This document shows positions 1 to 9,349 of a DNA stretch of 64,000 nucleotides, in pieces; within the stretch, counting starts at the first letter, position 1, and each line of letters starts with the position of its first letter. The stretch comes from Gemmatimonadota bacterium. Lineage in GTDB: Bacteria; Gemmatimonadota; Gemmatimonadetes; Gemmatimonadales; GWC2-71-9. Position numbers and translations under genes: made by a program. The stretch covers positions 128,001-192,000 of the forward strand of contig JBDHKN010000006.1 of NCBI GenBank assembly GCA_039586365.1. The letters run 5' to 3'. A model generated the notes under the pieces. The model ran no database searches. It was not told where the DNA came from and worked only from the letters and a program-made list of their open reading frames with translations.

Positions 1-1
1 G

Positions 2-532
2 GCACTCTCGATGCGGACTGGGAAACTGCCGATTCACGGGCCGGCGGAGACACTGGAGCGACTGGGCCAGAGTTTCAGCTATATCTTCAACGCTGCGGTG
101 GTGCCGCGGCCCGGCACATCCAAGCCGGAGTTGAATGCTGTGCCGTTGGAGCCAGGGCGGTGGCTGGATGTGAAAGGCATATCTATCTTGCCTCTTGAGT
201 TGGATCACGGAGGCACTCGTCTGTATGGCTACCGGTTCGGCGAATTGGCCTATCTCACCGACGTCAAATCGGTTCCGGCAAACAGCCTGGCCCTGATCAG
301 AGGCGTCCGTGTGCTGATTGTCAGTGCGCTATTCGATCGGCCACATCCCACGCACTTCTCCTTCGATGATGCCATCGATCTTTCACGCGAGGTCGGAGCA
401 GATCGTACGTATCTGACTCATCTAACACATCAGTTCACCTATACTGAGCTCATGGAACGCCTTCCGGAAGGCATCGAACCGGCGCATGACGGCCTCGTGG
501 TACCTTTTGACGGCCATTGTGTCCCCGGATAG
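2..532 (+). CDS. MBL-fold metallo-hydrolase (PhnP-like), 5'-partial
   Basis: C-terminal MBL motifs HG..YGYRFG.LAYLTD, HPTHF, YLTHLTH; frame is open to the window edge. Confidence 0.8.
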   Translation, partial: ALSMRTGKLPIHGPAETLERLGQSFSYIFNAAVVPRPGTSKPELNAVPLEPGRWLDVKGISILPLELDHGGTRLYGYRFGELAYLTDVKSVPANSLALIRGVRVLIVSALFDRPHPTHFSFDDAIDLSREVGADRTYLTHLTHQFTYTELMERLPEGIEPAHDGLVVPFDGHCVPG

Positions 533-535
533 CTT
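507..535 (+). promoter_or_regulatory. sigma70-like promoter TTGACG-N17-TAGCTT
   Basis: Near-consensus -35, 17-nt spacer and -10, upstream of the YtxH gene. Confidence 0.55.
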
Positions 536-614
536 TCAGGAGGTGAGAGTTTGGCGGGGGTGAGATCCGTGGGCCACCAAGGACGCGGCCCTCGCAAGGA
601 GACAAGGAGAGGCA

Positions 615-1070
615 ATGCCACACGAAGAGAAACAGCCAGTCGTGATAATCGAGAAGTCGAGTGGGGTTGGATCGTTTCTGCTGGGTGCACTTCTGGGTGC
701 TGGTGCTGCCCTGCTACTTGCGCCGCGAACAGGTGAGGAAACGAGGGAGGTGCTGCGGTCCAAAGGTCGCCGACTTAGGTCGAAGGCCGAAGATACTGCG
801 GGTGATCTGCAGAATCGTCTCGAGGACGGTTACGAGCGTGCTAAGGCACGGGTCGAGGACAAGTTCGACCGCGCACGGCAGAATCTCGGAGATACTAAGG
901 ACGGGGCACGAGACGCCGTCGAAGCAGGTAAGGCTGCAGTGCAATCAGCACGGCAGGAACTCGAACGACGTCTTACTGATGCCCGGGCTTCGCGCAAGAA
1001 GGGTGGGGCAGCAGCCGATGAGAGCGAGCCTCCGGACTCCGCCGAGTCGGGAGAGGCAGCAACCGTTTAG
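615..1070 (+). CDS. YtxH domain-containing protein
   Basis: FLLGALLGAGAALLLAPRTGEETR motif followed by coiled coil; GGAG RBS. Confidence 0.85.
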   Translation: MPHEEKQPVVIIEKSSGVGSFLLGALLGAGAALLLAPRTGEETREVLRSKGRRLRSKAEDTAGDLQNRLEDGYERAKARVEDKFDRARQNLGDTKDGARDAVEAGKAAVQSARQELERRLTDARASRKKGGAAADESEPPDSAESGEAATV

Positions 1071-1093
1071 GGCGATCTATCACGGCCCACGTA

Positions 1094-1954
1094 GTGAAAG
1101 CGACGGGACATCCGGGGTGGATCTCCTCGCCCTGGGGATTCGTGCGCCGTGTGCTCGTGTCGGCGTTTGAGGACAACATCCTCTTCCTTGCTAGCGCGCT
1201 CACCTTTCAAGCCCTACTTGCAGCCCTGCCATTCGTGTTACTTGCGTTGGCTACTCTGGGATACGTCTTGCACGCCGGTGACGACGCGGTCACAGACGTG
1301 TTTCGCATCATGGAGAACGTGGTGCCATCAACCGGCCTTGGTGAAGGTGATCCCCTCAATCAAGTAGAGCGGTTCATCAACGGCGTTCAGGAAAGCCGCC
1401 TTCGCCTGTCGAGCTACGGACTTCCGTTGTTTCTCTGGTTCTCAACACGGTTCTTCAGTGGCGCGCGTTCTGCACTGAACCATGTGTTCGACACACAGGA
1501 AAACCGTCCGTGGTTTGTTGGCACTGCATTGGACTTCCTCCTCGTGATTGTCACCTTGGTGCTAGTGGTTCTGAGCACCATGCTGACGCTGCGGATGGCC
1601 GGTTTGCCTTGGCTCGGCCGATTCGCTGCCAGCGTTTCCACTTTTGGCCTCGGGGTAGTGCTGTTCTACATGATATACAGCTTATCTCCGACGAGGCGGA
1701 TTCCCTGGGACACGGCACTCGTCGCGGCGGCGGTAGCGTCGCTCGGGTTTGAGATAACCAAGAAGTTGTTCGTGATATACTTGGTCCAATTCACGACCGT
1801 GGATAGGTTGTTCTCCAACACTAATGTGATTGCCCTGGTCCTCCTCGTAGTGTGGATGTACTTCACTGCCTGTGTGTTCCTAGTAGGCGCTGAAGTTGCG
1901 GAGACATACGATATGCGCCAGCGCCAGCGGGAACAGCGGGCGATTCTCACGTGA
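1094..1954 (+). CDS. YihY/virulence factor BrkB family membrane protein
   Basis: EDNILFLASALTF start, multiple TM helices, LVVWMYFTACVFLVGAE end. Confidence 0.85.
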   Translation: MKATGHPGWISSPWGFVRRVLVSAFEDNILFLASALTFQALLAALPFVLLALATLGYVLHAGDDAVTDVFRIMENVVPSTGLGEGDPLNQVERFINGVQESRLRLSSYGLPLFLWFSTRFFSGARSALNHVFDTQENRPWFVGTALDFLLVIVTLVLVVLSTMLTLRMAGLPWLGRFAASVSTFGLGVVLFYMIYSLSPTRRIPWDTALVAAAVASLGFEITKKLFVIYLVQFTTVDRLFSNTNVIALVLLVVWMYFTACVFLVGAEVAETYDMRQRQREQRAILT

Positions 1955-1973
1955 ATTGAATGGATCTGCAACG

Positions 1974-3041
1974 GTGTCCAACGCACTGGGTTCACAGTTG
2001 CCCGACAAACCGATAGATCTACGCAGTGACACTGTCACTCGCCCGTCTCCGGGGATGCGGCGTGCAATGGCGGACGCCATAGTCGGGGACGACATCCTGG
2101 AGAGGGATCCAACCACACAGAGGCTAGAAGAGAGGATAGCGGATCTCGTGGGAAAGGAAGATGCGCTGTTCTTCCCCTCTGGGGTTCAAGCGAATCAGAC
2201 CGCAGTCTGGCTGCTGGCCGAGCGCGGGAGTGAGCTTGTTGTGGAGGCGAACGCCCACTTGGTCCACTACGAGATGGCCGGCGTGGCGGGGTTGGCGGGT
2301 GTACAGATCCGTCCTGTTACCACGCATGATGGAGTCCTCACTGCGGAGCTGGCCGCGCCCGCAATCCGCCCGGAGGGAATCCACACGCCACGAACCAGTG
2401 CGCTGGCAGTGGAAAACACTCACAATAGTGCCGGTGGTAAGCTCATGCCTACCGCCGTGTGGGATGACCTTGTCGCGCTTGCCAAGGAAAGGCAGCTCCC
2501 AATTCACCTAGACGGTGCGCGGTTGTGGAACGCGGCTGCAGCACTTCGGGAGACACCCGAACGACTTGCGCGCGGTGCCACGACAGTCTCGGTATGTCTC
2601 TCAAAAGGTTTGGGGTGTCCCGTCGGGAGCTGTCTTGCGGGGGACACTGCTCTCATAGCTCAGGCGCGCAGCGTTCGCCGCCGGTTCGGAGGGGCAATGC
2701 GTCAATCGGGCATTCTAGGTGCTGCCGGGCTCTATGCTTTGGAGCACAATCTTGCGCGGATGTGCGACGACCACGCTAACGCCCGGCTCCTCGCGCAGCA
2801 TCTGCAAGGGAATCCTGCGGTGAGGCCTCTGATGCCGGAATCGAACATTGTCATGCTCGACTTGGTGGGTCCCGGTCTAACCGCAGACGTTGTACTCCCG
2901 TTGCTGACGCAAGCTGGGGTGTTGCTAGTACCGTTCAGCCCGACACGGCTGAGAGCCGTCACACACCTCGATGTGACGACTGAGGAAGTCCAGGCCGCGG
3001 CAGGGATAATCGCAAGAGTGTTGGAGGGCTTTGGAGCCTAG
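1974..3041 (+). CDS. ltaE: low-specificity L-threonine aldolase (start uncertain)
   Basis: IDLRSDTVTRPS, VENTHN, HLDGARLWNA, CLSKGLG (PLP lysine), GGAMRQSG. Confidence 0.9.
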   Translation: MSNALGSQLPDKPIDLRSDTVTRPSPGMRRAMADAIVGDDILERDPTTQRLEERIADLVGKEDALFFPSGVQANQTAVWLLAERGSELVVEANAHLVHYEMAGVAGLAGVQIRPVTTHDGVLTAELAAPAIRPEGIHTPRTSALAVENTHNSAGGKLMPTAVWDDLVALAKERQLPIHLDGARLWNAAAALRETPERLARGATTVSVCLSKGLGCPVGSCLAGDTALIAQARSVRRRFGGAMRQSGILGAAGLYALEHNLARMCDDHANARLLAQHLQGNPAVRPLMPESNIVMLDLVGPGLTADVVLPLLTQAGVLLVPFSPTRLRAVTHLDVTTEEVQAAAGIIARVLEGFGA

Positions 3042-3042
3042 C

Positions 3043-4315
3043 ATGCGAGTCATAGTGGTTGGTGCAGGCGAAGTTGGCTATCACGTTGCGGAGCGCCTGT
3101 CGAATGAGAAGCATGACGTCGTTGTCGTCGACGTCGGAAGAGGCCGGCATTAGAGAAGCGGGTTTGCTGACCGCAGTCACCAGCATCGACGAAGTGAATC
3201 TTGTCTGTTGTATGAGCGTGCGCAGCAACAAAGATTTGGTAAAGGTAGCGCGCGTATCTAATCCGGACTTCTATCTCGATGGCGCACATCTCAGGCCCGA
3301 CCTGTTTGGCGTCGACGTGATGATCAATCCAGAGCGGGAGCTTGCTCTTGAGACCATACGTCTGTTGCAGGTCACTGCGGCGACTGAGGTAGCTGTCTTC
3401 GCGGGTGGAGCCGTGCAGTTAGTGGGACTCCACGTCACCGACGATGCCCCCATTGCTGGCCGCACATTTGCGGAGATCGGAGCTGACATCGGGACCGCAT
3501 CCCTGCTGACGGTGGCGCTCAAACGTGGTGATCAGACGGTAGTCCCGACCGGAGTCACCAAGGTAAACGGGGGCGACCAGGTCTATTTCGTTGCGGCAAC
3601 GAATGCCGTTTCTCAAGGGCTCGAACTGTGTGGTTATCATCATACGGATGTGCGTCGGGTCATGATTGCCGGCGGTAGTCATGAAGCATACTACCTGGCG
3701 CAACTGCTACATCAGCATCGCGGTCAAGCAATAATGCTCATAAAGGAAAGGGAACGCGCTCAGGAACTGGCAGAGAAGCTCGGTAACGCGCTTATTCTCA
3801 ACGGTGATGCCACTGATGTAGAGCTATTGGAGCTCGAAGGAGTAGGTGGCGTCGATGCGTTTGTCGCACTGACCGACCACGACGAAACGAATATCTTGTC
3901 GGCGCTGTTAGCAAAACACGCTGGTGCGAACCAGGTCGTCACCTTGGTCAACAGAACAGACTATATGCCGCTGGCCTCCAGGATCGGGCTCGACACTATC
4001 GTGAGCCCACGGCTCTCGGCTGCCAACGCCATTCTCCGGTACGTGAGGAGGGGGAGCGTCACCAGGGTAGCGACACTGAAAGACACCGATGCAGAGGCCA
4101 TATCATTCCGTGTGTCGTCTTTCTCGCCCTTGGCTGATCGCAAACTCGAGGAGATAGATTTCCCGGCTGGCGCCATAGTTGCAGCGATCGTGCGGGGGAC
4201 GGATCAAGAAACGATCGTCCCGCGCGGTGGAGACACCTTGAAGGGTGGGGATACTGTAATTGTGTTCGCGTTGCCAGACGCAGTCGGCCCGGTGACAGAG
4301 CTGTTTCCGTCGTGA
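3043..4315 (+). pseudogene. trkA: Trk K+ uptake NAD-binding subunit with internal deletion/frameshift near 3135
   Basis: ATG at 3043 gives MRVIVVGAGEVGYHVAERLSNEKHDVVVVDV then stops at 3151-3153; the rest (EEAGIREA...DEVNL) is in another frame. Confidence 0.8.
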
Positions 4316-5751
4316 ACATACTCGAAGTCTTGCATCTTGTGGGTGCACTGCTGGTTTGGGTTGCGGCGGCGATGCTACCATCTGCTGTACTCGGTGTGTC
4401 AGACGGCTTGACGGTTCCTTGGCTAGCGTCGGTGTTTGTCACTGCCGTGACCGGGGGCCTACTTTGGGTCTTCACTCCTCGGCGCGTCTCGATAAACCGC
4501 CGTGAGGGCATCGTGATCGTGGGCCTGGGATGGGTGATGTGTGTCGCAGCGGGCAGTCTTCCTTTCATTCTGAGTGGTGTGGCTCCCACGGTCGCGGGCG
4601 GATTCTTCGAGTCCGTATCCGGCTTCACCACCACTGGTGCAACGATCTTCCCTGATGTCGACGCCCTGCCACTCAGCATACTGTTGTGGCGCTCCGTAAG
4701 CCATTGGGTGGGTGGGATGGGCATCATCGTGCTTGGCGTGGCCATTCTACCTCTGATCGGCATGGGGGGGGCCCAGCTGTTTCGGCTTGAAGTGCCGGGC
4801 ATTGCGACGGACCGTCTCAAGCCAAGAGTCGCTACTACGGCAAGGCTTCTGTGGGGAGTATACGCGCTTTTCACTGGCCTGCTGTTCGTTGTCTACATGT
4901 TTCTCGGCATGTCGGCTTTTGAAGCGATCAACCACGCGATGAGTGCGCTGGCAACAGGCGGATTCTCGACTCGCACAGCTTCGCTTGGTGCATACCAGCC
5001 AGCAATTCAGTGGGTGACGGTGTTGTTCATGCTCATAGCCGGCACCAACTTCACGCTCCATTACCGCTTCCTAACGGGCAAGTGGAGTGCCTGGTTCGAG
5101 GATGCAGAGTGGCGTTGGTACGCTGGCATGGCGGTGGGAGCCTCTCTGGCCGTCTTCGTATTGCTCGGTGCCGTGGGTGAAGGATGGGTGTTTCGCAGGG
5201 CTGCGTTCAACGTCGTGGCCATACTGACTACCACCGGATTCGCGACCGCAGACTTCGCTGTCTGGCCATCCTTCTGTCAGGTCCTGCTGCTCGGGCTCAT
5301 GTTCGTTGGGGCTATGGGTGGATCAACGGGCGGTGGCTTCAAGATGGCCCGGGCAGTTGTGGTGCTCAAACACGCCGTCAGTGAAGTTCGCAAGGTGCTT
5401 CACCCGAGGGCCGTGTTCGTGACCAAACTCGGGCGAGCGCCCATTCGATCGGACATTCTATTGAATGTGCTTGCATTTCTAGCCCTATACGTTGCGACCC
5501 ATGGTATTGGTTCTCTCCTCCTGGCTGCGCTGGGCCATGATTTGGTGACTGCCACGAGTGCCGCATTGGCTGCCATGTCGAGCATTGGACCGGGGTTGGG
5601 GCAGGTCGGACCAGCCTCGCACTACGGTGATCTCGGTTCACCTACTCATCTCATTCTCGCCGGGTTGATGCTACTGGGGAGGCTGGAATTCTATACGCTT
5701 CTGGTGCTGCTGATACCAGGGACGTGGGATCGTTGGGGTGGAGACAGGTAA
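4312..5751 (+). CDS. trkH: TrkH family potassium uptake membrane protein
   Basis: FFESVSGFTTTGATI, LATGGFS, TTTGFAT, GGSTGGG, GRLEF pore motifs. Confidence 0.93.
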   Translation: MNILEVLHLVGALLVWVAAAMLPSAVLGVSDGLTVPWLASVFVTAVTGGLLWVFTPRRVSINRREGIVIVGLGWVMCVAAGSLPFILSGVAPTVAGGFFESVSGFTTTGATIFPDVDALPLSILLWRSVSHWVGGMGIIVLGVAILPLIGMGGAQLFRLEVPGIATDRLKPRVATTARLLWGVYALFTGLLFVVYMFLGMSAFEAINHAMSALATGGFSTRTASLGAYQPAIQWVTVLFMLIAGTNFTLHYRFLTGKWSAWFEDAEWRWYAGMAVGASLAVFVLLGAVGEGWVFRRAAFNVVAILTTTGFATADFAVWPSFCQVLLLGLMFVGAMGGSTGGGFKMARAVVVLKHAVSEVRKVLHPRAVFVTKLGRAPIRSDILLNVLAFLALYVATHGIGSLLLAALGHDLVTATSAALAAMSSIGPGLGQVGPASHYGDLGSPTHLILAGLMLLGRLEFYTLLVLLIPGTWDRWGGDR

Positions 5752-5761
5752 CCCAGGCCTC

Positions 5762-5791
5762 TTGGCACACCGTTGGCAGACTTGCTAGCTT
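5762..5791 (+). promoter_or_regulatory. promoter for SRP RNA, TTGGCA-N18-TAGCTT
   Basis: -10 ends about 6 nt before the SRP RNA 5' stem. Confidence 0.5.
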
Positions 5792-5796
5792 ACACG

Positions 5797-5895
5797 GGCC
5801 CCAGGTCCGAAGGGCGAGCGCGCGCGAACCGCGTCAGGACCGTGAAGGTAGCAGCGCTAAGCGATGTCACTTGTCGCTTCGGGTCGCCTGGGGCT
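5797..5895 (+). ncRNA. ffs: signal recognition particle RNA (small bacterial type, 4.5S)
   Basis: Domain IV core GAACCGCGTCAGGACC-GTGAA-GGTAGCAGCGC; terminal helix GCCCCAGG/CCTGGGGC; typical position upstream of dnaX. Confidence 0.9.
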
Positions 5896-5911
5896 ACTTG
5901 TACCTATTCCC

Positions 5912-7567
5912 ATGACGCACACTGCATTAGCCCGTAAGTATCGTCCAACCAGCTTCTCGGATCTGGTTGCCCAAGAACATGTCGCGGCTGGCCTGGAAGG
6001 TGCTGTGGCCAAGGGGCGAGTCGCGCACGCCTATTTGCTGACCGGCCCCCGGGGCGTTGGGAAGACGAGTGCCGCCCGCATTCTGGCGATGGTGCTCAAT
6101 TGCCAGAATCGCGCCAGCGCTCCACGACCGGGTGAACCCTGCGGCACCTGCGATTCGTGCACCCGGATCTGGTCTGGCTCTGCCAACTTGGATGTCGTTG
6201 AGATCGATGCAGCCAGCAACCGGGGTGTGGATGACGCTCGCGACTTACGAGAGCGCGCCATGTATGCGGCCAGTGGACCGGAGGGGTACAAGATCTACAT
6301 CGTTGACGAGGCCCACATGCTGACGCGTGAGGCATGGAATGCACTGCTCAAGATCCTGGAAGAGCCTCCTCCCCGAGTAGTGTTCGTCTTCGCGACAACA
6401 GAACCCCAGAAAATCGCGAATACTGCCGCGCCGGTGATGAGCCGTGTGCAGCGCTTCGATTTCAGACGCATCGGGCCCAACGCGATTGCCGAACGCCTGA
6501 AGTTCGTGGCAGAACAGGAGGCCATTGAAGTAGAGCAGGACGCGCTGCACTTGATTTCTCGAGTTGCCGGGGGAGGGATGCGGGATGCCCTCTCACTGCT
6601 GGACCAGGCCTTGGCGTTTGGTGATGGCACTGTGACGGCTGAACGGGTGCGCCAGGCTCTCGGCTTGATCGATGATGAGATGTACGCCGATTTGCTGGGG
6701 ATGGTTGCGACAGGCAGCACGGTTGACGTGTTCCCCTTTGTTTCTCGCTTGGTGGAGGGGGGGGCCGACCTGGCGGAGTTCGTCAATGGGGCGGGCGAGG
6801 TCATGCGAGCTCTTCTCATGCAGACTCTGGGTGCCAAACCGGAAGGTCTGACGGAGGGGCTACGGGCCGCGGTCGAGCGCCATGCACCCAACTATCGGCC
6901 GGGCGACGTGCTGCGCCTGCTCAAGCTACTTAGTGCTGCTGAGACTACGATTCGCCGGAGTCCGAATGCGCGGCTACACGTGGAAACGTTGCTGGTGCAG
7001 TGGACCCTGTTGGATCGCACAGTGGAGCTCTCCGAAGTGCTTGAGGCTCTGAGTGGGGGGGGGGACGTTGAATCTCCTCCCGGCAAAAGCGGGGCTGTGC
7101 CGACTCGAAAGACGCTTGCGGGACGTCCACCAGAGGCCGCGCGCCGTGCTGCGCTACCATTGCCTGCCGGTGCCGAAGCGACCCTGGAAACGCTCCTAAC
7201 CGCTTGGTCGAACATCCTGGAACGCGTGGGGGCACGCCGGCGGATGCTGCAGGAAGCCTTGGGACATGCTGCTCCGGTAGCCGTGAAGGATGGGGTGGTC
7301 GTGCTCGAGGTAAGTGATTCAGAGGTTCACCTGGAAGGGTTGGAAAGAGGGAGGCTGACCATAGAGAAGGCAATACGGGATACGCTGAGTAGCAGTCCCC
7401 TTCGAGTCCAGTTCAAGTCTGCTGGGGATTCTGGCCAAGTTGTTTCGGGCCCGCCTCGCCGCCTCGATCGAAGTGCGGAGCAACAGGAACGACTGAAACA
7501 GTACCGCGAGAAGGATCCAGCCCTGGATGCCATAGCGGAGGCCCTCGATCTCGAAGTGATCGAATAG
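5912..7567 (+). CDS. dnaX: DNA polymerase III subunit gamma/tau
   Basis: ALARKYRP, GPRGVGKT, zinc cysteines, EIDAASN, DEAHML, LEEPP. Confidence 0.97.
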   Translation: MTHTALARKYRPTSFSDLVAQEHVAAGLEGAVAKGRVAHAYLLTGPRGVGKTSAARILAMVLNCQNRASAPRPGEPCGTCDSCTRIWSGSANLDVVEIDAASNRGVDDARDLRERAMYAASGPEGYKIYIVDEAHMLTREAWNALLKILEEPPPRVVFVFATTEPQKIANTAAPVMSRVQRFDFRRIGPNAIAERLKFVAEQEAIEVEQDALHLISRVAGGGMRDALSLLDQALAFGDGTVTAERVRQALGLIDDEMYADLLGMVATGSTVDVFPFVSRLVEGGADLAEFVNGAGEVMRALLMQTLGAKPEGLTEGLRAAVERHAPNYRPGDVLRLLKLLSAAETTIRRSPNARLHVETLLVQWTLLDRTVELSEVLEALSGGGDVESPPGKSGAVPTRKTLAGRPPEAARRAALPLPAGAEATLETLLTAWSNILERVGARRRMLQEALGHAAPVAVKDGVVVLEVSDSEVHLEGLERGRLTIEKAIRDTLSSSPLRVQFKSAGDSGQVVSGPPRRLDRSAEQQERLKQYREKDPALDAIAEALDLEVIE

Positions 7568-7568
7568 C

Positions 7569-7597
7569 TTGCGGCACCCTACCGCCTAGGGTAGCTT
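7569..7597 (+). promoter_or_regulatory. sigma70-like promoter TTGCGG-N17-TAGCTT
   Basis: Same -10 hexamer as the other candidates with 17-nt spacing, upstream of ybaB-recR. Confidence 0.45.
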
Positions 7598-7638
7598 GCA
7601 CCCAATTACAGTGTTTTTTTGGATGAGTGGGTAGGTCA

Positions 7639-7956
7639 ATGGCAGATTTCTCGCAGCTTCTCCAACTGGGTCAGCAGATGCAGGGTCAGCTGACCAAGAT
7701 GCAGAGTGAACTGACTCAGCAGACTGTCACCGGTTCAGCGGGCGGTGGGATGGTGACGGCCACAGCTGACGGACAGGGCCAGATTCGTTTGATCCAGATC
7801 GACCCGAGTGTCGCGGCTGAAGGTGATGTGGAAATGCTCGAAGATCTGGTCCTCGCAGCGGTCAGCGAAGCTCAGCGGAAAGCTCAGGAACTTTACCGCA
7901 ATGAACTGAGCAAGGTCACTGGAGGACTGCCGCTGCCGTTCCAGCTTCCTTTGTAG
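7639..7956 (+). CDS. ybaB: YbaB/EbfC nucleoid-associated protein
   Basis: GSAGGGMVTATADG, DVEMLEDLVLAAV; between dnaX and recR. Confidence 0.93.
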   Translation: MADFSQLLQLGQQMQGQLTKMQSELTQQTVTGSAGGGMVTATADGQGQIRLIQIDPSVAAEGDVEMLEDLVLAAVSEAQRKAQELYRNELSKVTGGLPLPFQLPL

Positions 7957-7957
7957 T

Positions 7958-8554
7958 GTGTCTGCGATTGACGACCTTTCAGGAGAGCTGGCAAAGCTGC
8001 CCGGCATCGGGCGCAAGACAGCGACCCGGCTGACCTACTTCTTGCTCAAGCAGTCGCCGGAGGCCGTGAACCGGTTGGCCGCGGCGATCAAGGCGGTTTC
8101 GGAGCGAGTGCGTCCCTGCTCGACCTGTGGCAATCTCAGTGAATCTGACCCGTGCTCCATTTGCAGGGATCCAAGGCGGGATCCTGAGACTCTGTGCGTC
8201 GTGGAGGATGCCTCGGACATCCCAGCCATCGAACGCACCGGCGAATATCGCGGGCTGTACCACGTCCTGGGTGGCCACCTATCCCCACTGGACGGTGTTG
8301 GCCCAGAGGATCTGAGAATTGAAGCTTTGCGCATGAGGCTCGCCAACGGAAGTGAGGTTCGGGAGATTATTCTGGCGACGAATCCGTCGATGGAAGGTGA
8401 AGTTACAGCTACGTATGTTCGGCGTGAGCTCGAGAACGCCGCCGTGCGAGTCACCAGGATCGCCCTTGGGCTGCCCGTGGGAGGCGATCTCGAGTACGCG
8501 GACGGACTGACGATCGCCCAAGCTCTGGCCGCGCGGCGAGAGATGCCGACGTGA
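7958..8554 (+). CDS. recR: recombination mediator RecR
   Basis: LPGIGRKTA, C4 zinc finger, YHVLGG, ATNPSMEGE, GGDLEYAD. Confidence 0.97.
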   Translation: MSAIDDLSGELAKLPGIGRKTATRLTYFLLKQSPEAVNRLAAAIKAVSERVRPCSTCGNLSESDPCSICRDPRRDPETLCVVEDASDIPAIERTGEYRGLYHVLGGHLSPLDGVGPEDLRIEALRMRLANGSEVREIILATNPSMEGEVTATYVRRELENAAVRVTRIALGLPVGGDLEYADGLTIAQALAARREMPT

Positions 8555-8823
8555 AGGGACCGAAAGTCAGGGCGCTGCTGATAGGTTTGGCGGTGGGCAC
8601 CACAGTGGGGGCGCTACTGGCCCAGCATTCGATGGACCGCCACCGCCGTCAGTTGTTCAGTGGGAGGCCTCTGAGGAGGCTCTCAGCTCTCAACTACTTG
8701 AACGGTCACCCCAGCGTTGATGCGGTGTACCTGTTGCAGGATTACCTTGCTTGGGAAAGACATCCTGTGCTGCGGCGCCGAGCCGAGGCAATCGCGCGAC
8801 GTATGGAAGCGAAACTAGGTTAA
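8551..8823 (+). CDS. small hypothetical protein (N-terminal TM segment, HEAT-like helices)
   Basis: GTGA overlap with recR; hydrophobic N-terminus. Confidence 0.65.
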   Translation: MKGPKVRALLIGLAVGTTVGALLAQHSMDRHRRQLFSGRPLRRLSALNYLNGHPSVDAVYLLQDYLAWERHPVLRRRAEAIARRMEAKLG

Positions 8824-8835
8824 CCCGAGGGCAGA

Positions 8836-9333
8836 ATGACTGGTGCTGCGACGTGGTCACTAGACGAGAGTGATTATCAGCGCATTACCGCGCAGCTGAA
8901 CGATCTCCTGAAGGAGTGTAACGCTCGGTGTGCGCTGCTGGTGGATCGCGCCGGTCAGCTACTAGCCTCAGCTGGCGAACAGATGGCCTTCGATCCGACT
9001 GCGTTTGCTTCCCTGACAGCTGCGGACTTCAGCGCCAATGACCAATTGGCCAGGATGATCGGAGAACCCGAATTCGCATCGTTGTTCCACCAGGGCGAGA
9101 AGGAGTCAATGTATTTGGCTGACGTGGCCCGGCGGGTGATTTTGGTGGTTCTGTTCGACGAACGTACAACCGTCGGGATGGTCCGGCTTAGAGTCAAGCA
9201 GGCGGTCAACGAACTGGTCACTCTGTTCGATGAGATGTTTCGTCGTGGGGCCCCGGAGGCCGCACCACCCACCCAGAGAGGCGGTTTGCTCGAAGGTGCG
9301 GACGATGAGATCGACAAACTCTTTGGAGATTGA
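8836..9333 (+). CDS. mglB: roadblock/LC7 protein MglB
   Basis: LLVDRAGQL, ASLTAADFSANDQLA, LFHQGEKES; directly upstream of mglA. Confidence 0.92.
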   Translation: MTGAATWSLDESDYQRITAQLNDLLKECNARCALLVDRAGQLLASAGEQMAFDPTAFASLTAADFSANDQLARMIGEPEFASLFHQGEKESMYLADVARRVILVVLFDERTTVGMVRLRVKQAVNELVTLFDEMFRRGAPEAAPPTQRGGLLEGADDEIDKLFGD

Positions 9334-9349
9334 ACGAGGACGCTAGCCG

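Noticed and set aside
5763..5777. Sigma54-like TGGCAC-N5-TGGC before ffs
   Set aside because: The sigma70-type -35/-10 pair predicts the RNA 5' end better.
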